12,612 bases of DNA, taken from Gemmatimonadota bacterium (GTDB taxonomy: Bacteria; Gemmatimonadota; Gemmatimonadetes; Longimicrobiales; RSA9). This document shows, piece after piece, positions 5,697-12,612 of the stretch (its first letter is position 1; every line of letters starts with the position of its first letter). The position numbers were made by a program, and so were the translations under genes. Below the pieces are notes generated by a model that was not told where the DNA came from, ran no database searches, and saw nothing but the letters and a program-made list of their open reading frames with translations. The stretch spans positions 1 through 12,612 of the forward strand of contig JBBDRO010000009.1 in the NCBI GenBank assembly GCA_040905425.1, in the 5' to 3' direction.

Positions 5697-8096
5697 ATGC
5701 GTCCGCCCGTTGCCAAGCAGTGCGCCCGTTGCGAGCAGCGCTCGAGGTGCCAGCAGCGCTCCGCGTCCCAGCAGCCCCGGTATTTCACCCGCGTGATGGG
5801 CATCCTGGTCATCCTGGCCGCGGCGGCGTGGCCCGACACCAGCGTAGCTCAGCAGGCGCCCCTGCTCTATTCGCTCGAGGACTACCTGGACGCCCCCACC
5901 ACGCGACCCGCGGCCCTGTCGCCCGACGGGCGCTGGCTGGTGGTCACGCGCGCCACCGCGCGCGACCGCGTGGGTGTGGACAACGCCCGCTCCGGGGACC
6001 CCACCTACATCAGCCCGTCCACGGCCAGGGTGCTGCTGGTGGACACACGGACCGGCGAGGAGCGTCCGCTCTTCCAGGATCCGGCGCAGGTGCGGGCGCT
6101 CGCCTGGTCGCCGGACGGTGGCCGGCTGGCCTACATGGAGCGCCAGGATGATGTCTACGTGCCGGCCATCTGGGAGCGGGCCAGTGGGCGCGTGCGGCGC
6201 TTGAGCCTGCCCGCCGACCGCGTGCTCGACAGCAGTTCGAGCCTGGAATGGAGCGCGGACGGCGCGCGACTGCTCATGGCGGTGCGACCGCGGGAGTGGC
6301 TGGGGCGGACAGCGGCCGCGTTCGACCACCTGGTGCGGGGCCCCGTGGTGGTTCTCTCCAGCGAGACGCCATTTCTGGCCTGGGACAACGTGCGTCGCTT
6401 ACCGCTGGAGCGCACGGTGGCGCTCTACGACGTGGCGGAGGGACGCCTCCTGGAGGTGGTGAGCGGCCGGCTGCTGCGCTCCTACGGCATGAGCGCGGAC
6501 GGCGAGCATGTACGCTTCAGCGAGGACCGCGCGGAGGCAACCTCCTACGTATCGGGGGGCAGCAGCTCGCGCCTCTATGTGCAGCCCGTGGCGGGCGGGG
6601 AGCCACGTGTCCTCCTCGAGGAAGAGCGAGGGGTCACCGTGCGCTGGTCGGGTGACGGCCTGCGCTACGCCTACAGCCGGGACGGGCAGCTCTTCCTGGC
6701 TTCTCTGGAGGAGGGTGCGGAGCCTCGCCGCCTGGCGGGGGAGGCGCCGCGCAGGGGGGCGGCGGCGGACTCGGCCGCCGAGGCCATGGACAGCACCGCG
6801 CGAGCCGCGGAGCAGGAGCGCCGCCGCCTGGAGCGCTTCTCACCCGTGCGCCTGAACCGGGACGGCTCCCTGCTGATTGCCTCCAACAGCCAGGGCCTCT
6901 GGGTCTTCGACACGGCCTCGGGGGAACGCACACGATTCCATGACGAGCCCGAGGAGGAGGAGGGCGAGGAGGAGGATCCGGACGCGCCGCCGCGTCCCCG
7001 TTGGAGTGTGGCGGCGTGGAGCCCCGATGACCGCTACATCTATCTCTCCTACGCCAGCCGCGAGGCCTGGGATAACGGACTCTACCGCCATGACCGCCAG
7101 AGCGGTCGCACGGACGAACTGGTCAGGGACGGCCGTGGGCTGGGCGGCTGGCAGCTTTCCGAGGACGGCTCCACGCTGCTCTTCACGGCCGGCATGCCCA
7201 ACCGGCCGGGCGAGATCCACGTGGCGGAAGCGGACTTCTCGGCGGTCCGCGCCCTCAGCAGCAACGGCGCCTGGTTTGCCGGCCACCGCCTGGCCGACGC
7301 GGAACTCATCCGGTACCGGGACGTGGACGGACGCCTGCAGAACGGCGTCCTCTACTACCCGGCGGAGTACCAGAACGGGCAGCGGTATCCGACCGTCTTC
7401 CTGGTGTACGAGGATTACTTCAACCCCAGCTTCAACGGCACCATCAACTACCTGACCGCCAACGGCTACGCGGTGCTACAGCCCTCGGTGGCGCTCGAGG
7501 AGGGCTACCCCGGCGAAGGGTGGCTGAAGGGGGTCACGGCCGCCGCCAACGCGCTCATCGAGCGGGGACTGGCCGACCCGCAGAAGCTGGGCGTCTACGG
7601 CACCAGCTACGGTGGCTACGCCACCAACCTGCTGATCACACAGACCAAGCGTTTTGCCGCGGCCATCAACATCAGCGGCAAGGTCAACATGGTGAGCTTC
7701 TACACCGACTCGCCGCGCCTGGGCGTGCGCAACGTCACCGCGCCGGAGCGGGGACAGGACCGGATCGGCGCATCCCTGTGGGAGCAGCCGCACAAGTACC
7801 TGGCGCACTCGGCGGTCATGTTCGCCGACCGCATCGAGACGCCGCTCCTCCTCATGACGGGAGAACAGGACAGCAACGTCCCGGCGCGCCAGGCCATGGA
7901 AATGTACTACGCGCTACGGCGGCTCGGCCGGCCGGTGGAGTGGGTGAACTACATGAACGGCGGCCACGGCATGCCGCGTTCCACCGTGGAGGAGATCGTG
8001 GACTACCACGAGCGGATCCTGGGCTGGTTCGACCGCTGGCTCAAGGGCAACGGCGAACGGGTGGCCGAACACTCGGGCACGGCGGGCGGGCGCTAG
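5697..8096 (+). CDS. Secreted S9 family (prolyl oligopeptidase / dipeptidyl aminopeptidase-like) serine peptidase
   Basis: PD40-like WSPDG repeats, nucleophile GTSYGG, Asp in GEQDSNV, His in GGHG; GGAGG RBS before ATG 5697 (alternative start at ATG 5796). Confidence 0.92.
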   Translation: MRPPVAKQCARCEQRSRCQQRSASQQPRYFTRVMGILVILAAAAWPDTSVAQQAPLLYSLEDYLDAPTTRPAALSPDGRWLVVTRATARDRVGVDNARSGDPTYISPSTARVLLVDTRTGEERPLFQDPAQVRALAWSPDGGRLAYMERQDDVYVPAIWERASGRVRRLSLPADRVLDSSSSLEWSADGARLLMAVRPREWLGRTAAAFDHLVRGPVVVLSSETPFLAWDNVRRLPLERTVALYDVAEGRLLEVVSGRLLRSYGMSADGEHVRFSEDRAEATSYVSGGSSSRLYVQPVAGGEPRVLLEEERGVTVRWSGDGLRYAYSRDGQLFLASLEEGAEPRRLAGEAPRRGAAADSAAEAMDSTARAAEQERRRLERFSPVRLNRDGSLLIASNSQGLWVFDTASGERTRFHDEPEEEEGEEEDPDAPPRPRWSVAAWSPDDRYIYLSYASREAWDNGLYRHDRQSGRTDELVRDGRGLGGWQLSEDGSTLLFTAGMPNRPGEIHVAEADFSAVRALSSNGAWFAGHRLADAELIRYRDVDGRLQNGVLYYPAEYQNGQRYPTVFLVYEDYFNPSFNGTINYLTANGYAVLQPSVALEEGYPGEGWLKGVTAAANALIERGLADPQKLGVYGTSYGGYATNLLITQTKRFAAAINISGKVNMVSFYTDSPRLGVRNVTAPERGQDRIGASLWEQPHKYLAHSAVMFADRIETPLLLMTGEQDSNVPARQAMEMYYALRRLGRPVEWVNYMNGGHGMPRSTVEEIVDYHERILGWFDRWLKGNGERVAEHSGTAGGR

Positions 8097-8121
8097 CCCA
8101 CGCGGCCCGCCCACCCTCGAG

Positions 8122-9120
8122 CTACCAGCGCACGGCGGCGCTGGCCCAGGTGAAGCCGCTGCCGAAGGCGGTCAGTATGAGCAGGTTGCCGCGCTCGAGG
8201 CGGCCCTCGGCCACGGCCTCCGCCAGCGCTATCGGGATGGTGGCGGCGGTAGTGTTGCCGTAGCGCTGGATGTTATTGTAGACCTGGTCCTCGGTCAGCC
8301 CGAGCTGGCGGGCCACCATTTCGTTGATGCGCAGGTTGGCCTGGTGGGCCACGAGGAGGTCCACGTCCCCCAGCTCCAGGCCGTTGGCCTCGAGGGCGGC
8401 GTGTACACTCTCCGGCATGCGGCGGACGGCGTTCTTGAACACCTCCCGGCCGTTCATCTTTGGATACTGGCGCCCCGCGTCCAGGTCCTCGTGGGAGATG
8501 CGCGGGAAGCGGGCGGAGGCGTCGCTTTCCAGCCACAGGTTCTCGGCGCCCCGGCCGTCCGCGAAGAGGTGGGTGCTCAGCACGCCGCGCTCGGGGTCAT
8601 CGGTGGGCCCGAGGATGACGGCGCCGGCGCCATCGCCGAAGAGCACCCCCACGTCCCGGCCGTCCGGACCGAAGTCCATGCCGGTGGAGTGGACCTCGGT
8701 GCCCACGAGCAGGATGCGCTTGTACTGCCCCGTACGGATCCACGCGTCCGCCACACTCAACCCGTAGATGAAGCCGGTGCACTGATTGCGTACGTCCAGC
8801 GCGGGGATCCCGGGCACGCCGAGCTTGCGTTGCAGAAAGACGCCGCTGCCGGGGAAGAAGTAGTCCGGGGAGACCGTCGCATACACGATGCAGTCCAGAT
8901 CGGAGGCCTTCATGTCTGCCCGCTCGAGCGCCTGCTCCGCCGCCCGCAGCGCCAGGTCGGAGCCCGCCTCCTCCCCGAATTTCACCCAGTGGCGCTCCTC
9001 GATGCCGCTCCGCTCCCGGATCCACTCGTCCGACGTGTCCCACCATTCCTTCAAATGCTCGTTGGTGACCACACGCTCGGGTACGTGGAATCCGGTGGCA
9101 ATGAATTCGCTGCGAGGCAT
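8122..9120 (-). CDS. fabH: 3-oxoacyl-ACP synthase III
   Basis: DTSDEWIRERSGI, catalytic Cys in NQCTGF, LFGDGAGA, MNGREVFK, HQAN, YGNT, FGSGFTW; AGGAG RBS before ATG 9120. Confidence 0.93.
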   Translation of the reverse strand: MPRSEFIATGFHVPERVVTNEHLKEWWDTSDEWIRERSGIEERHWVKFGEEAGSDLALRAAEQALERADMKASDLDCIVYATVSPDYFFPGSGVFLQRKLGVPGIPALDVRNQCTGFIYGLSVADAWIRTGQYKRILLVGTEVHSTGMDFGPDGRDVGVLFGDGAGAVILGPTDDPERGVLSTHLFADGRGAENLWLESDASARFPRISHEDLDAGRQYPKMNGREVFKNAVRRMPESVHAALEANGLELGDVDLLVAHQANLRINEMVARQLGLTEDQVYNNIQRYGNTTAATIPIALAEAVAEGRLERGNLLILTAFGSGFTWASAAVRW

Positions 9121-9293
9121 CGGCACACTCCTGGGGCGTGGAGGGGACACGGGCGCGGATCGGGCCCACCCGTATGCGGAGGCTACCCCCGGGTGCGCGC
9201 GTATGGCAAGGGCGCGGGCTGCCACGGTATGGCGGGAGCGGCGCGCGCCCCACACCTTGAGGCCGCCCTTTACCCGCACACACGGAGGTGCCC

Positions 9294-10241
9294 ATGAACC
9301 GCATTCCGCGCGCGGTGGTCGGCGTGGCACTGCTGGCCCTGCTGCCCGCCGCCTGCGCTGACCGGACCGCTGACGAGACGGCCGAACCGGTGGATCTGGT
9401 CAGCGGCGACACGGCCGCGGTTGCCGCCGATTCCATCAGCGTGGCGAACGCCGGCCTGGCCACGCCCGAATCCGTCCTGCACGACCGCACGGGTGACATC
9501 TACCTGGTCTCCAACATCTCAGGCGCTCCGCTGGAGCGGGACGGAGACGGCTTCATCACGCGCCTGGCCCCGGACGGCAGCGTGCTCCAGGCGCGCTTCA
9601 TCGACGGCGCCACCGAGGGCGTGACGCTGAACGCTCCCAAGGGCATGGCGCTCAAGGGGGACACGCTCTTCGTGGCCGATATCGACGTGGTGCGCGCCTT
9701 CGACCGCAGCAGCGGCGCTACCCTGGGCGAGCGGGCCGTGGCAGGCGCCGCCTTCCTGAACGATCTGGCGCTAGGCCCGGATGGCACACTGTACGTGACG
9801 GACACGGGCGTGGGCGCCGACTTCCAGTCCGTGGGGAAGGAGGCCGTCTACCGCTTCGGGCCGGACGGCGCCGAGGCCGTGGCCACGGGCAATGAACTGA
9901 GCGGCCCGAACGGCATCGTGGCCACCGCCGACGCGCTGGTCATGGTGGGGTTCGGCGGCGCTGCCGTCTACCGCATCCCGCTGGACGGCGGCGCGCCGGA
10001 GACGCTGGCCACACTGCCGGCCGGCCAGCTGGACGGCATCGTCCGGTGGGACGACGGCACGCTGCTCGTGTCCAGCTGGGAGGCGGGCGCCATCTATCGC
10101 GTTTCGGCCGACGGCCAGAATATCGAGATCGCGGTGGAGAACGTGCCCGCCCCCGCGGACATCGGTTGGGACGTGGAGCGCGGCCACCTATTGATCCCGC
10201 TCTTCCAGGCGGACCGGGTGGAAATCCGCACCCTGCGGTGA
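9294..10241 (+). CDS. SMP-30/gluconolactonase/LRE-like beta-propeller lipoprotein
   Basis: GGAGG RBS; lipobox LPAA|C; TPESV, YLVSNISG, APKGM, FLNDL, GPNGI, LDGI and PADIG motifs. Confidence 0.85.
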   Translation: MNRIPRAVVGVALLALLPAACADRTADETAEPVDLVSGDTAAVAADSISVANAGLATPESVLHDRTGDIYLVSNISGAPLERDGDGFITRLAPDGSVLQARFIDGATEGVTLNAPKGMALKGDTLFVADIDVVRAFDRSSGATLGERAVAGAAFLNDLALGPDGTLYVTDTGVGADFQSVGKEAVYRFGPDGAEAVATGNELSGPNGIVATADALVMVGFGGAAVYRIPLDGGAPETLATLPAGQLDGIVRWDDGTLLVSSWEAGAIYRVSADGQNIEIAVENVPAPADIGWDVERGHLLIPLFQADRVEIRTLR

Positions 10242-10273
10242 GGGCCTGGCCGCGCCGCACGCCCCGCACACCT

Positions 10274-10310
10274 GCGCCGGATCGGCCGCTGCCGCCGATC
10301 CGGTGCTTGT
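10274..10310 (+). terminator. Probable intrinsic terminator after the SMP-30-like gene
   Basis: Perfect 10-bp stem CCGGATCGGC/GCCGATCCGG (10277-10303), extendable by 3 pairs, followed by a weak TTGT tail. Confidence 0.55.
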
Positions 10311-10319
10311 GCATTCGGC

Positions 10320-10420
10320 GTATTTCATTAACATAGGTTAAATACAAGCGCCGGTGTTGCGGCACCGGCCCCAGGGTCGCTTATCCTTGACTTAAACCAC
10401 TTGATCATGTAGTTATATGA
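10320..10420 (+). promoter_or_regulatory. AT-rich control region of the efflux operon with two palindromes and a -35 box
   Basis: TTAAC-N4-GTTAA (10328-10341); TTGACT (10387-10392); TCATGTA-GT-TATATGA (10405-10420) overlapping the expected -10. Confidence 0.55.
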
Positions 10421-10466
10421 GCTGACGGACGGCAGGTTGCCGGTCCGGCTACCCCGGAGGAGAGGC

Positions 10467-11847
10467 ATGCAGCCAGAAAAATCCCATACGGCCGTGCTGC
10501 TGGCGGCCGTGGTCCTTGCGGGCCTCGGCGCGGCGCCAGGCACGGCGCAGGCGCCCCGCCACCTCGAGGAGGCGCTGGCCATGGCGGAGCACGGCGCCTT
10601 CGCCGTGCGCATTGCCGAGGGAGAGGCCACCGAGCGCTCGGCCGGCGCGCTGGAGGCGCTCGGCGGCATCCTGCCCACGCTGCGTGTGGAGAGCGGGCTC
10701 AGCCGCACCACCGACCCCATCGGCGCCTTCGGCACCACGCTGCGCCAGCGCGCCATCACGCAGGCGGACTTCAACCCCGCCACGCTCAACCATCCGGCCG
10801 TGGCGGAGGACTGGAGCGGCGCGCTGGTGGCGGAGGTGCCCCTGGTCAACGCCGACGCCTGGCTCGGTCGGCGGGCCGCGGGAGACGCCACCGCCGCTGC
10901 CCGCGCCATGGTGGACTGGGAGAGGCTATCCACCCGCGCGCAGGTGGTGCGCGCCTGGTTCGGCGCCACGCTGGCCGGCGAGAAGGTGCGCACCCTGGAG
11001 GAGGCCGCACGCGCGGCGCGCGCACACGTGAAACAGGCCGAACTCATGGTCGAGCAGGGCCTGGTCACGCGCTCCGACGCACTGCTGGCCTCGGTCAAGG
11101 CGGGTCAGGTGGACGCCATGCTGGCGGAGGCCCGGGGAGAGGCGCGCAGCGCCCGCCGCGGGCTGGCCACCCTGCTGGGACGGCCGGACCTGGATGTGGC
11201 GGTGCCCGAGCAGCTGCCGCCCGCCGCGGCGGTGCGGGAGCTGGCGTTGGACCTCAGCGGACCCGTGGGCGCCGGCATGGAGGCCGCACGCGCCGACGTG
11301 CGCGCCGCCCACCTCGGCCTGGACGCGGCCGCCGGAGACGTCCTGCGCACGCGCGCAGCCTGGCTGCCGCGCCTGAACGGCATGGCGCGCATGGAGTGGC
11401 ACGCCGTTGACGGTCCCTACCAGGGGCAGGAGAACTGGAGCGTGGGCGTGGTGGCCCAGTGGACGCCCTTCGCGGGCGCCGGGCAGCTGGCCGCGCACCG
11501 CGCCGCGAGCGGCCGGCGCGCCGCGGCGGGCCCCCCCCCCCGAAGCCGCGGCCGCCAACGCCAGCCTGGAGGTGGGCACCACGGCCGACGCCCTGGCCGT
11601 GGCGCTGGAGCGCCTGGCCATTGCCGAGCGTGCCGTGGCGCAGGCCGCCGAGGCGCACCGCATCGTCACCCGCAAGTACGAGGGCGGTCTGGCCACCGTG
11701 GTGGAGCTGCTGGACGCCTCCGCCACGGAAACGCAGACGCGCCTGGAGCACGCACACGCACGCTATACCGTCATCGACGCGGGCGCCGGCCACGCGCTGG
11801 CCCGGGGTGAGGACCCCGGCCGCTTTGCCATCCTGGACACCCCGTGA
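10467..11847 (+). CDS. TolC family outer membrane efflux protein, frameshifted at a C11 tract (11531-11541)
   Basis: GGAGGAG RBS and signal peptide; LPTL, GLVTRSDAL and WLPRL motifs in the first frame; C-terminal YEGGLATVVELLDA in the +1 frame ending TGA 11845-11847. Confidence 0.85.
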
Positions 11848-11855
11848 GGACCGCC

Positions 11856-12612
11856 ATGAAGACGCTGCCCATCCTGTTCGTCCTGGCGGCCACCGCCGCC
11901 CTCGCCGCCTGCGGTGGTGGTGGGGAGGAAGCCCCCGCACACACGAGCGGCGTGGACGCTACCGGCGGCGCCTGGACCGTAAGAGACACGCTCGTGAGCG
12001 CATCCCTCGAGGCCTCCGGCGTGGCCGAACCGTATGCCGATGCCACCCTGGCCACGAAGCTCATGGGCCGGATCGTGGCCGTCAGCGTGCGCGAGGGTGA
12101 GCGCGTGGCCGAGGGCCAGATCCTGGTCCGCATCGATGCGGCCGACCTGGTTGCCAAGCGGGCGCAGGTGGAAGCGGGCATCAGGGAGGCGGAGGCCATG
12201 GTGGCCGACGCCGAGACGCAGGTGGCGCGCATGCGCGCCCTGTATGCCGAGGAAGCGGCGCCCAGGGCGCAGCTGGACGCCGCCGAGACGGGCCTGGCGC
12301 GGGCCCGGGCGGGGCTGGCCACTGCGCGCGCGGCCGCCCAGGAGGTGGACGCCACCGCCCGCTACGCCACCATCCGGGCCCCCTTCACCGGGGTGGTGTC
12401 GCGCCGCTTCGTGGACCCGGGTGACTTCGCGGCGCCGGGCGCGCCGCTCCTGACCGTACTGGACACGCGCCGCCTGCGGGTGCGCGTCTCGGCAGCACCG
12501 GACGGCGCGGCCGGACTCAGGCGCGGGGACACGGTCCACGTCACCGTGGAGGGCACCCCCGCCACGGCCGTGGTGGAGGGCGTGGCGCCGAACCCCGGCG
12601 CCAGCCTGCTCA
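11856..12612 (+). CDS. RND efflux periplasmic adaptor (membrane fusion protein), partial
   Basis: Own translation, missing from the ORF track: MKTLPILFVLAATAALAAC lipobox, KLMGRIVAVSVREGERVAEGQILVRID, IRAPFTGVVSRRFVDPGD; GAGGA RBS overlaps the TolC stop. Confidence 0.92.
   Translation, partial: MKTLPILFVLAATAALAACGGGGEEAPAHTSGVDATGGAWTVRDTLVSASLEASGVAEPYADATLATKLMGRIVAVSVREGERVAEGQILVRIDAADLVAKRAQVEAGIREAEAMVADAETQVARMRALYAEEAAPRAQLDAAETGLARARAGLATARAAAQEVDATARYATIRAPFTGVVSRRFVDPGDFAAPGAPLLTVLDTRRLRVRVSAAPDGAAGLRRGDTVHVTVEGTPATAVVEGVAPNPGASLL

Noticed and set aside
6942..6983. GAG-rich repeat (EPEEEEGEEEDP) in the S9 peptidase
   Set aside because: In-frame acidic loop, common in such peptidases, with no sign of a switch.
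3650..12565. Numerous long overlapping or antisense ORFs in the track, and 5' extensions of SSS, S9, fabH and TolC
   Set aside because: Arg/Gly/Pro-rich shadow frames typical of high-GC DNA; RBS positions support the shorter starts reported.

Overview
High-GC bacterial window; the gene style suggests Gemmatimonadota, but that is inference only. The backbone reads: partial membrane-protein gene, small NIPSNAP-like gene, sodium:solute symporter (SSS, minus strand) divergent from a secreted S9 peptidase, fabH, an SMP-30/gluconolactonase-like lipoprotein, then a TolC gene frameshifted at a C11 tract and an RND periplasmic adaptor. The notable part is about 690-3720. A visibly lower-GC three-gene cassette lies there: an ECF sigma factor with no anti-sigma gene, a 6-bladed beta-propeller, and a secreted Cys/His-rich CxxCH protein, plus a possible 33-aa ORF. 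The cassette sits between the intact SSS gene and a collapsed four-block relic of that gene's 3' half. The relic carries a CTAGACGTAG motif that the parent gene lacks, twice directly, with an inverted copy just beyond it. This looks like an island with no integrase gene that entered by replacing or duplicating the 3' end of the SSS gene.
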